From NCBI GenBank assembly GCA_031459765.1, contig JAVKHY010000001.1, positions 221,701-285,700 of the forward strand: DNA of 64,000 nt. The letters are read 5' to 3'. Origin of the DNA: Candidatus Kaftiobacterium secundum (lineage in GTDB: Bacteria > Sysuimicrobiota > Sysuimicrobiia > Sysuimicrobiales > Kaftiobacteriaceae). The notes beneath the pieces were generated by a model. It did no database searches. It worked only from the letters and a program-made list of their open reading frames with translations, and was not told the origin of the DNA. Each line of letters starts with the position of its first letter. Position 1 is the stretch's first letter. Shown piece after piece: positions 18,181 to 26,573 of this stretch. A program made the translations under genes and the position numbers.

Positions 18181-20517
18181 TCAGGCCCGGCGCTTCTCGA
18201 GATTGCCGAACCGGCTGTGCTCCTTGTGGAAGAACAGCTCCACCTGCCCGATGGGGCCGTTGCGGTGCTTGGCGATGATGATCTCGGCGATGTTCTTCTT
18301 CTCGGTCTCCGCATTGTAGTAGTCGTCGCGGTAGATGAACAGCACCAGGTCGGCCACCTGCTCCAGTTCCCCGCTCTCCCGGAGATGGGAGAGCATCGGC
18401 CGACGGCTGCCCGTCAGCTCCACCGCACGGCTGAGCTGGGAGATGGCCAGGAGCGGGATATCGAGCTCCTTGGCCAGCGACTTCAGCGAGCGGGCGATCT
18501 CCGAGATCTCCTGCGTGCGGTTCTCCGTGCGCTTGTAGGACTGGATCATCTGCAGGTAGTCCACCACGATCAGCCCCAGGCCGTGCTCCGCCTTGAGTTT
18601 GCGCGCCTTGGCCCGCATCTCGATGACGGAGATGTTGGCCGAATCGTCGATGAACACCGGCGCCTCGGAGAGGCGGCCCATGGCCCGGGCCAGTTTCGGC
18701 CAGTCCGAGTCGGCCAGGAATCCGGTGCGCAGCTTGCTGCCGTCCACCTCCGCCTCGGCGCAGAGGAAGCGCTGGACCAGCTGCTCCTTGGAGGTTTCCA
18801 GGCTGAAGATGGCGCAGGGGATCCGGTGGTGGATGGCGGCGTGCGCGGCGATGTTCAGGGCGAAGGTGGTGTTGTGGACGCAGACGTCGCCGGCAATGAA
18901 GTTGTGCGTCCCGGGGACCGTGAGATCGTACACCTGGAAGTCGCCGGTATAGTCTATGTCGGTGACGGCATCCCACAGGATGTCTGAGGCGGGCAGCAGA
19001 CGCCCCTGATCGTATCTGGCCCAGGTCCGCAGCCGTTCCCAGCCGAGCATCCCGATCTCCCGGAACAGCAGGCGCGCATGGTCGCCGGTCAGCGTCAACA
19101 CCGTCCCCTCGGTGGTGGCCGCGATCCCGAAACGCAGCAACAGATGGCGCACCTGCTGCGCCGTGCGCGCGCCGGGGAAGGTCGCGCGCACCCGCACCTC
19201 CGGCTCGGTCTCGACCACGCTCAGGCAGGCCAGCAGGCGGGAGAGAAAGAGCGCCAGTTTCTCCCGGGTCAGCGTGAAGACGATGGGGGGCACGGCCCGC
19301 CCGTCGCCCGCTCGAGCCAGGACGGGGTACCGCGCCAGCAGTCCGCCCACGACGTCGGGGACGGCGCCGCCCTGCACCGGAGCGATCACCTCCCCCGCCG
19401 GCGCGGCGCGCTCCCGCGGCCCGGGACGTGTCGCCGTGCGGATCGCCTCGCCGACGGCGACGGCGTCGGCGTAGTCGGCGGCCAGCGCCGGCACGGCCGG
19501 CATCGTCCCCGCGGTGAGGTAGGCCAGGAGCTTCACTTCGTACGCCGGGAGGTCGAGGGTCCCGAAGACCGGCAGGCGCGCGGGAACGGCGATCAGTGCG
19601 CCGACGCCGAGCTCGGCCAGGCGCCGCCAGCCCTGCGGGGTGAGGAAGGGATGGGACAGCGTGGTCTCGACCTCGCGGCCGGAAGCGGTGCGCACGCGGT
19701 AGACGGGTTTGATTCCGTCGTCGACGAATCGCGCCGGTTCCACGCGCCGCAGCCTGCCCTCCCCGTCCAGGCTCCACAGCACCGTCCGGGCGCGCCCGAC
19801 CACCTCCTGGATTGAGAACACCTCCCCGGTCTGCGCGTCCACGATCTCGGTGTCGTACTTCAGGCACTTCCCCATGGCTGGCCGCGCCGCGACGATGACG
19901 AGGTCCGCGGGCTGCAGACCGCTGGTCAGCTGGTCCAGGTCGGTGAACCCGGTGGGAACGCCCGTGACGGTGCCCTTGTCCTGGTAGCGCCGGTCGATCC
20001 GCTCGAAGCTCTCCTTGAGGATCTCGCGGATGGGCATGAACTCCTGGAGCATGCGGCGGTTGGCGATGCTGAAGACCAGCTTCTCCGCCTGGTCGACCAG
20101 GATCTCCACATCCTGCGCCGCCTCGTAGCCCATGTGGGCGATCTGGGTGCCGGCGCTGATCAGCTGCCGGAGCATGGACTTCTGAAGGACGATGCGCGCG
20201 TAGTATTCCACGTTGGCCGCGGTGGGTACCGTATTCAGCAGCGAGGTGACATAGGAGGCGCCGCCCACGTCATCCAGCTGGCCCTTGTCCCGCAACCGGT
20301 CGGTGACGGTGATCAGATCGACCGGCTCCCCGCGTTCGAACAGATCGGTGATCGCTTCAAAGATCCGGCGGTGCGCGTCGCGGTAGAAGTCCTCGGCGCG
20401 GAGGAGCTCCACGACCCGGGCGATCGCGTCCCGATCCAACAGCATCGACCCCAGCACGCCCTGCTCCGCGTCCAGGTTTTGCGGCGGCACTCTCTCCAGG
20501 GAAACGCTGAGCGACAC
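18181..20517 (-). CDS. dnaB: Replicative DNA helicase DnaB precursor containing a 332-aa intein (spliced product ~446 aa)
   Basis: PPQNLDAEQGVLG, ARPAMGK/TT, DYLQ, LSQLSR, LRESG, KHRNGP; SD GGAGGA. Confidence 0.97.
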   Translation of the reverse strand: MSLSVSLERVPPQNLDAEQGVLGSMLLDRDAIARVVELLRAEDFYRDAHRRIFEAITDLFERGEPVDLITVTDRLRDKGQLDDVGGASYVTSLLNTVPTAANVEYYARIVLQKSMLRQLISAGTQIAHMGYEAAQDVEILVDQAEKLVFSIANRRMLQEFMPIREILKESFERIDRRYQDKGTVTGVPTGFTDLDQLTSGLQPADLVIVAARPAMGKCLKYDTEIVDAQTGEVFSIQEVVGRARTVLWSLDGEGRLRRVEPARFVDDGIKPVYRVRTASGREVETTLSHPFLTPQGWRRLAELGVGALIAVPARLPVFGTLDLPAYEVKLLAYLTAGTMPAVPALAADYADAVAVGEAIRTATRPGPRERAAPAGEVIAPVQGGAVPDVVGGLLARYPVLARAGDGRAVPPIVFTLTREKLALFLSRLLACLSVVETEPEVRVRATFPGARTAQQVRHLLLRFGIAATTEGTVLTLTGDHARLLFREIGMLGWERLRTWARYDQGRLLPASDILWDAVTDIDYTGDFQVYDLTVPGTHNFIAGDVCVHNTTFALNIAAHAAIHHRIPCAIFSLETSKEQLVQRFLCAEAEVDGSKLRTGFLADSDWPKLARAMGRLSEAPVFIDDSANISVIEMRAKARKLKAEHGLGLIVVDYLQMIQSYKRTENRTQEISEIARSLKSLAKELDIPLLAISQLSRAVELTGSRRPMLSHLRESGELEQVADLVLFIYRDDYYNAETEKKNIAEIIIAKHRNGPIGQVELFFHKEHSRFGNLEKRRA
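18871..19866 (-). mobile_element. Intein in the DnaB Walker A motif, with degenerate LAGLIDADG endonuclease
   Basis: GK|CLKYDT...TLSHPF (block B TxxH)...VYDLTVPGTHNF..VHN|TTF; Cys1, His-Asn end, Thr+1. Confidence 0.95.
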
Positions 20518-20549
20518 GGACCCGTCCTCCTCGCCGGTGACCCTCTGCG

Positions 20550-20578
20550 AGCATAGCGAACATACGTTCGCCTGTCAA
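20550..20578 (-). promoter_or_regulatory. Sigma70-type dnaB promoter with LexA (SOS) box in the spacer
   Basis: TTGACA-17 nt-TATGCT on minus strand; CGAACATACGTTCG at 20557-20570. Confidence 0.85.
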
Positions 20579-20623
20579 GCCTGCCCCCGCAGCCGATCGG
20601 GAGATGGAGTTCAGGACAGCCCC

Positions 20624-20752
20624 TGTGGGTCACCTTGTGGAGGGCTGTGCACAACTTCGGAGGACGGTGGGGACATCTGCGGATCCCCTGGGGAGAGACG
20701 GCTGTTTTTGCGTGGACGGCCCGGAAGCGGGGTGTGGATAAGCTGGGGAGAC
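20624..20752. promoter_or_regulatory. Co-oriented DnaA-box-like array between lonC and dnaB
   Basis: Perfect TGTGGATAA at 20733, TGTGCACAA at 20646, plus degenerate TGNGGA units at 10-12 or 22 bp spacing. Confidence 0.6.
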
Positions 20753-20761
20753 GCTCCGCGT

Positions 20762-22699
20762 TCAGGCCGGCGTTCGGCTGTGGGCGCGGTACCTGGACGG
20801 GAAGAGGTGAGGGAGAGCATCCTCCACGGTGGCCACGAAGACCACCTCGATCCCGCGCACACCGGCCGGGACGTCGTTACGGTTTTCCTCGGGGAGGACG
20901 ACCTTGCGCATCCCGGCCTGCCGCGCGCCGTAGATCTTCTCCGGAATGCCGCCGACCTGTTTGACCTTCCCCTGGATCGAGATCTCCCCCGTCACGGCCA
21001 CGTCCTGGCGCACGGGCACCCTCTGGATGGCGCTGAGCATGGCCAGGACCACGGCCAGCCCGGCGCTGGGACCGTCGATCAGCCCCCCGCCGACGACGTT
21101 GACGTGGATGTCGTAATTGCCGACGTCGATGCCGGCAATCCTGCGGATGACCGAGGCCGCGTTGAACACCGAGTCCTTGGCCATCGTGCCCGCCGTCTCG
21201 TTGAACCGAATCGTTCCGCGCTGCCGCTTGCCGACCGGGAAGGCGACGGCCTCGATCTCGATCAGCGATCCCACGTACTGCGTCACACCCAGGGCGAAGA
21301 CCTTGCCGACCTCAGGCACGTCGGAGGCCTTGGTGGGCACGGTCGCCGTCAGCCGCCCGCTGCGCACCACCTCCAGCAGATCGCGGCGCGTGATCCGGGG
21401 ATGCCCCCGGCCACGACGGCGATACAGCGCCACGCCGTAGGCGTCGGCCAGGAGGTTGACGGCCTTGCGGCCCTCCACCGTGTACTCGCTGATGGTCTCC
21501 GGCACGCCCGCCTCCAGTTCCACCCCGAGGCGCCGCGCTGCCTGGCGCACAATCTTCTGCACGTCCTCCTGGGAGAGGGGATCGAAGAACACCTCGGCGC
21601 AGCGGGAGCGCAGGGTGGGGCTGATCTCCTCCGGCTCCTTGGTCGTGGCGCCGATGAGCAGGAAATCGGCCGGCGCCCCTTCGGTGAACAGGCGCTTGAT
21701 GTACGCCGGCAGTTGCGGGTTGGTGGGATCGTAGTAACTGGACTCGAAGAAGACGCGCTTGTCCTCCAGCACCTTCAGCAGTTTCGCCTGCAGCACGGCG
21801 TCCAGTTCGCCGATCTCGTCGATGAACAGGACCCCGCCGTGGGCCCGGGTCACCAGCCCGAGTTTCGGTTCGGGGATGCCCAGCTCGGCGAACTCCCGGC
21901 GGCTGCCCTGGTAGATGGGATCGTGCACCGAACCCAGCAGCGGATTGGTGGCTTCGCGGGCGTCCCAGCGCAGGGTGGAGGCGTCCACCTCGATGAAGGG
22001 CGCCTGCGGCCCGAAGGGGCTCTGGGGCAGGCGCTTGGCCTCCTCGAGCACCAGGCGCGCCACCGTCGTCTTGCCGACGCCGGGCGGCCCGTAGAGGATG
22101 ACGTGCTGCGGAATGGGCACGGCCAGTTTGGCCAGCAGCGCCCGGATGGCGCGCTCCTGGCCCACGACCTGGGAGAGTTTCCTCGGCCGCAGGGCTTCCA
22201 GCGCCGTGCGGGCCAGACGGACCTCCTCCAGCCGCTGCAACTCCTCGAGCTTGGCCCGTGTGCTCTCCGTCTCCGGCCCCAGCGCGTCCTGCATCACCTG
22301 CATCCGGATGGCGCGGAGGTACTCGTCCTGCCGCTCTTTCATCCGGTCCTGCACCCGGCGCTCGATCTCGTCCTCGATGGACTTGCGCGCCATGAGGTCG
22401 GCGATGCGTTCCTGCAGATCCTCCAGGATGGCCGGGATCTCCGCCTCGCGCGGCACGGCGTTGAGGTTCGGATCGTCGAAGACCAGGCGCTGCAGCGCCA
22501 GGACCCGGCGTCCCAGTTGCGGGCTGTTCAACATGGCGCGGGCGCCGACGCGTTCCGCGCGCTTGCTGAGGCGCTCCTGCCCGTACAGGCTGCTCAGGAC
22601 GCCGGCCAGGGCGGCCGCCTTGCGCCGCAGCACCTCCCGTTCGCTGACGCGCCCGGTGGGATTGATCGGCCGGATGGCCTTCGCCTGCCGGACCCTCAT
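20762..22699 (-). CDS. lonC: Lon-family ATP-dependent protease, LonC/LonB-like (Firmicutes sporulation-associated type)
   Basis: YGPPGVGKT, GGVLFIDEIGE, IDGPSAG catalytic Ser, GGIPEK catalytic Lys; position between rplI and dnaB. Confidence 0.85.
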   Translation of the reverse strand: MRVRQAKAIRPINPTGRVSEREVLRRKAAALAGVLSSLYGQERLSKRAERVGARAMLNSPQLGRRVLALQRLVFDDPNLNAVPREAEIPAILEDLQERIADLMARKSIEDEIERRVQDRMKERQDEYLRAIRMQVMQDALGPETESTRAKLEELQRLEEVRLARTALEALRPRKLSQVVGQERAIRALLAKLAVPIPQHVILYGPPGVGKTTVARLVLEEAKRLPQSPFGPQAPFIEVDASTLRWDAREATNPLLGSVHDPIYQGSRREFAELGIPEPKLGLVTRAHGGVLFIDEIGELDAVLQAKLLKVLEDKRVFFESSYYDPTNPQLPAYIKRLFTEGAPADFLLIGATTKEPEEISPTLRSRCAEVFFDPLSQEDVQKIVRQAARRLGVELEAGVPETISEYTVEGRKAVNLLADAYGVALYRRRGRGHPRITRRDLLEVVRSGRLTATVPTKASDVPEVGKVFALGVTQYVGSLIEIEAVAFPVGKRQRGTIRFNETAGTMAKDSVFNAASVIRRIAGIDVGNYDIHVNVVGGGLIDGPSAGLAVVLAMLSAIQRVPVRQDVAVTGEISIQGKVKQVGGIPEKIYGARQAGMRKVVLPEENRNDVPAGVRGIEVVFVATVEDALPHLFPSRYRAHSRTPA

Positions 22700-23142
22700 C
22701 GCCTGGCCACGACGTTGACATCAACGTGGGCCACGATGCCCGGGCCCACGCGCACCGGGATCTTGTAGAACCCCGCCATCTTGATCGGCTCCGCCAGGTC
22801 CACCTGTTTCTTCGTCACGGCGAACCCCCGCTGCACCAGCGCCTCGGCGACGTCCTGGGCCGTGACCGACCCGAACAGCCGGCCCCCCTCCCCGCCGCGG
22901 GCGGCGACCTCGACCACGGCCGCCTCCAGCGCCGCCGCCAGGCGCTCCGCCTCCTCGCGCTCCCGCTGCTGGCGCTGGAGTTGCGCCTGCTGCCGGCCGG
23001 CCAGGGCGCGCAGGTTCCCGGGGGTGGCTTCGGCGGCCAGCCCCCGCGGGATCAGATAGTTGCGGGCGTACCCCTCCTTGACGTCCTTCACCGCGCCCGC
23101 CTGCCCGAGAGCGGGGATGTCCTTCAGAAGGATCACCTTCAC
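22696..23142 (-). CDS. rplI: 50S ribosomal protein L9
   Basis: GTG start; KVILLKD...VKEGYARNYLIP; GRLFGSVT. Confidence 0.97.
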   Translation of the reverse strand: MKVILLKDIPALGQAGAVKDVKEGYARNYLIPRGLAAEATPGNLRALAGRQQAQLQRQQREREEAERLAAALEAAVVEVAARGGEGGRLFGSVTAQDVAEALVQRGFAVTKKQVDLAEPIKMAGFYKIPVRVGPGIVAHVDVNVVARR

Positions 23143-24203
23143 GGGGACGCCTCCGCGGTGCGCGCCGCCCGCCACCGGCCCCGGAGATCGAACGCCGCGT
23201 CGGCCAGCCCCAGGAAGAAGACCACCATCCCCAGCGGCGGGGACGTGAAGGCGAAGGCCAGAGCCGTCCACCGCAGCCAGCGCGGAGCCCGGTAGCGCTC
23301 CAGCAGGACCCAGGCCGCCACCAGCCCGAGCAGGGAGTACACCATCTGGGCCAGGATGGAGAGGTTCAGGCCCAGAGCCTGCAGGGCGGGGAAGCGGGGG
23401 GCGGCCGTCCGGGCCACCGCCGTCAGATCGTCGTACGGCAGCATCCGCAGCGTTTCGCCGGGGACGGCGAAGGGGACCGCCCAGGCACTGGAGGCCCAGA
23501 GCAGGCCCATCCCCGCCGGCAGAGTCCACAAGAAGAGGGCCGGTGCCCGCCAGGAAGACACCGGCGGCAGCGCGGGCACGACGATTCCGAAACGCCGCAG
23601 GACGAAGCGCGTGACCTCGAAGTTCACGTAGGCGGTGGTCACCCCGCCGATCACGATGAGCAGCGGGATGATCCGCGGCATGAGCTCGACGACCTGCCGC
23701 ATCACCCCGCTCATCTGCTCCAGCTGGTCGCCGCTGATGCCCAGCCGGTTGTAGAAGCGAAGGGCGTTCTCCTGCCCCTGGCGCATCGCCTCGATCGTCG
23801 TGGTCACCGGGTTGACCCCGGAGATGACCAGGGTGAGCCCGAGGTTGACCAGGATCGAGGCGGTGGCCACCGCCCCGCAGACGATCAGCGTCCGCGCTGC
23901 CGGACGGGGCGCCCGCAGCCGGACACCCAGGGCGATCCCCAGGGGGGCAAAGGTCAGGATGATCACCAGCCCGGTCAGCGGCCCCCCCAGCGCGGCGGCG
24001 ATGAGGGCGGCGACCAGCGCGGCCAGGACGGCGATCCGGGCGCCGTGGCGCACCACCAGCAGGGTCAGCGGAATGGGAGTGACATAGAAAGAGGCGATGC
24101 CCGCCACGGGCAGGAACGTCGCCGCGACGGTGAACAGAGCGACGAGGGCGGCCAGGATAGCGCCTTCGGTCAGGCCGCGCACCGGGATGGGGCCAGGGGT
24201 CAT
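23139..24203 (-). CDS. yybS: YybS/DUF2232 family membrane protein
   Basis: RGLTEGAILAAL N-terminus, multi-TM, position between rpsR and rplI. Confidence 0.8.
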   Translation of the reverse strand: MTPGPIPVRGLTEGAILAALVALFTVAATFLPVAGIASFYVTPIPLTLLVVRHGARIAVLAALVAALIAAALGGPLTGLVIILTFAPLGIALGVRLRAPRPAARTLIVCGAVATASILVNLGLTLVISGVNPVTTTIEAMRQGQENALRFYNRLGISGDQLEQMSGVMRQVVELMPRIIPLLIVIGGVTTAYVNFEVTRFVLRRFGIVVPALPPVSSWRAPALFLWTLPAGMGLLWASSAWAVPFAVPGETLRMLPYDDLTAVARTAAPRFPALQALGLNLSILAQMVYSLLGLVAAWVLLERYRAPRWLRWTALAFAFTSPPLGMVVFFLGLADAAFDLRGRWRAARTAEASP

Positions 24204-24228
24204 GGACGCGCCTCCGCGCGCCTGGACG

Positions 24229-24489
24229 TTACTCGGCGGTGTACGGGAGCAGCGCCAGTTCGCGCGCGCGCTTGAGGGCTGTGGCCAGGACGCGTTGGTG
24301 CCGCGCGCACGTCCCCGAGACCCGGCGCGGAAGGATCTTGCCGCGCTCGGTGATGAACCGGCGCAACCGGTTGACATCCTTGTAGTCGATGGCGTCGGCC
24401 TTCTCCACGCAGAACTGGCAGTTCCGCCGCTTCGGCCGCCGCCCGCGCCACTCTTTCTTGCCCTGCCGTCGTTCGCGTGCTTCCGCCAT
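24229..24489 (-). CDS. rpsR: 30S ribosomal protein S18 (Zn-binding C+ form)
   Basis: CQFC...IDYKD...[17 protein letters not shown]. Confidence 0.97.
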   Translation of the reverse strand: MAEARERRQGKKEWRGRRPKRRNCQFCVEKADAIDYKDVNRLRRFITERGKILPRRVSGTCARHQRVLATALKRARELALLPYTAE

Positions 24490-24523
24490 GCCCGCTACTC
24501 CGTCCGGGGATAGTCTCTAAGAT

Positions 24524-24922
24524 CTAGAACGGCACGTCGTCCGCGCCCTCGCCCTCCGGCTCGACCTCGCCTCCGGGGACTTCGGCTGCGGCCGCCGCGC
24601 CCGGTTTGCGGTCCAGAAAGCGCACCGCGTCCGCGACCACTTCGGCGACCTTGCGCTTCTGGCCGTCCTGGGTCTCGTAGTTTCGGATTTGGAGCCGGCC
24701 CTCCACGGCGACGAGGCGACCCTTGTTCAGGTGCTGCGTGACCTGCTCGGCCAGGCGCCGCCAGGCCACGACGTCGATGAAGTCGGTGGCCCGCTCCCCC
24801 TGCTGGTTGACGAACGGCCGGTCCACGGCCAGAGTGAAACTGGCCACGGGCTGCCCGCTGGGGACGTAGCGCAGCTCGGGGTCCCGCGTCAGCCGCCCGA
24901 TCAGGATGATGCGATTCAGCAC
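24524..24922 (-). CDS. ssb: Single-stranded DNA-binding protein
   Basis: LNRIILIGRLTRDPELRY; acidic C-terminal DDVPF. Confidence 0.97.
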   Translation of the reverse strand: MLNRIILIGRLTRDPELRYVPSGQPVASFTLAVDRPFVNQQGERATDFIDVVAWRRLAEQVTQHLNKGRLVAVEGRLQIRNYETQDGQKRKVAEVVADAVRFLDRKPGAAAAAEVPGGEVEPEGEGADDVPF

Positions 24923-24923
24923 C

Positions 24924-25283
24924 TCAGCCCTCCGCCGTCCCGGCCGGCTGCGCGGGCGCCGCGGGGACCGGCGACTCCGCCTTCGCCTGCGGTAGTTTGC
25001 CTACGGCACTGGTGATCGTGGCGCGCAGGACGTCCTCGGTCAGCGCCGCCGCCCGCCGGATCTCCTCCACCTTCCTGGGGTCGAGGGCGAAGCGGGTGTG
25101 GACGAAGACGCCCTCGCGGTACTTCTTCACCGCGTAGGCCAGGCGCTTCTTGCCCCAGACGTCGACAGCCTCCACGGTCCCGCCCTGATCCACAATACGC
25201 TGGTTCATGCGCTCCGTGATCGCCCGGAGCGCCTCCGCCTCAAGATCGGGGCGGACGATATACACCAGATCGTAGCTCTTCAC
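24924..25283 (-). CDS. rpsF: 30S ribosomal protein S6
   Basis: GTG 25283; YDLVYIVRPDL, WGKKRLAY. Confidence 0.95.
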   Translation of the reverse strand: MKSYDLVYIVRPDLEAEALRAITERMNQRIVDQGGTVEAVDVWGKKRLAYAVKKYREGVFVHTRFALDPRKVEEIRRAAALTEDVLRATITSAVGKLPQAKAESPVPAAPAQPAGTAEG

Positions 25284-25358
25284 ACCGTACCCCCGGTGGG
25301 TCGACCCAGCCGTAAAGAAATCCCGCGGGACACCCCACGGGTCCACAGCATTATAGCA
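25284..25358 (-). promoter_or_regulatory. rpsF promoter (extended -10) and structured leader, candidate S6:S18 autoregulatory RNA
   Basis: TGCTATAAT at 25358-25350; leader CCCGUGGG can pair with CCCACCGGG next to the SD. Confidence 0.55.
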
Positions 25359-25415
25359 CCCGCCGGGGGATGGGGCATAGCCTCCCCCGGGCAGTCTCTT
25401 GACGACGGCGATCGG

Positions 25416-26540
25416 CTACACGGCAAACCGGAAGTGAATCACGTCGCCGTCGCGGACGACATAGTCCCGGCCCTCCAGCGCGATCTGGCCGTGATCGTGG
25501 GCGGCCTTGAGCGATCCGACCCGGACCAGGGTTTCCCAGTTGATCACCTCGGCCCGAATGAATCCCCGCTCCATGTCGCTGTGGATCTGCCCGGCGGCCT
25601 GCGGGGCCTTCGTCCCCCGCGGCACCGACCAGGCGCGGACCTCCCTGGAGTCTGTGCTGAAGAACGTCACCAGGTCCAGCACCCTCTGCGCCGCCCGGAC
25701 CAGACTCCACAGGCCCGGTTCCTCCAGCCCGTAGGCGCGGAGCACCTCCCTGGCTTCGGCCTCGGGCAGCCCCGCCGCCTCGGCCTCGAGTTTGGCGGCC
25801 AGGATCACCGCCTCCGCCCCCACGGCGCGGGCGTGGCGGCGGACCTGGTCCCCGCCCGGGCCGCCGCCGGGGAGATCCTCCTCGGCGATGTTGGCGACGT
25901 AGACGACCGGTTTCGCCGTCAGGAGGCGCAGAGGCCGCAGGAGCGCAACCTGTTCGGAAGCGGCGGGGAGGCGGCGGACCATGCCGCCGCGCTTGAGCGC
26001 GTCGGCGACGACCGTCAGGGCGTCGAGGCGTTCTGCGGCGCGGGCGTCGTGTGCGCGGGCCCGTCCGCGCTGCCGCTCCATCTCCCGCTCCACCACGGAC
26101 AGATCGGCCAGCGCCAGCTCCGTCTCCACGATCTCGATGTCGCGCTGCGGATCGGGGACGCCTTCCACGTGGGGAACGTCCGGGGCGGGGAAACAGCGCA
26201 CGATGTGCGCCACGGCGTCCACCTCCCGGATGTGGGCCAGGAACTGGTTGCCGAGCCCCTCGCCGCGGGACGCCCCGCGGACCAGGCCGGCGATATCGAC
26301 GAACTCCACGGTGGCGGGGACCGTCCGCTCCGGACGGGTGACCCGGGCCACGGCCTCAAGGCGCGCGTCGGGCACGGGCACGACACCGCGGTGCGGCTCG
26401 ACGGTGGTGAAGGGGTAGGGGGCGACCGCCACGGCGGCACGCGTCAGTGCGTTGAAGACCGTGGACTTGCCGGCATTGGGCAGACCCACGATCCCGATGG
26501 AGAGCCCCACACCAGGTGCCTTCGCGGGGCGGGGCGCCAT
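25416..26540 (-). CDS. ychF: Redox-regulated ribosome-binding ATPase YchF
   Basis: GIVGLPNAGKST, YPFTT, DIAGLV, GLGNQFL, HSDMERGFIRAE. Confidence 0.96.
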   Translation of the reverse strand: MAPRPAKAPGVGLSIGIVGLPNAGKSTVFNALTRAAVAVAPYPFTTVEPHRGVVPVPDARLEAVARVTRPERTVPATVEFVDIAGLVRGASRGEGLGNQFLAHIREVDAVAHIVRCFPAPDVPHVEGVPDPQRDIEIVETELALADLSVVEREMERQRGRARAHDARAAERLDALTVVADALKRGGMVRRLPAASEQVALLRPLRLLTAKPVVYVANIAEEDLPGGGPGGDQVRRHARAVGAEAVILAAKLEAEAAGLPEAEAREVLRAYGLEEPGLWSLVRAAQRVLDLVTFFSTDSREVRAWSVPRGTKAPQAAGQIHSDMERGFIRAEVINWETLVRVGSLKAAHDHGQIALEGRDYVVRDGDVIHFRFAV

Positions 26541-26573
26541 GAACCTCCCGGGGAGGGCGATCTGCCGTGCACT

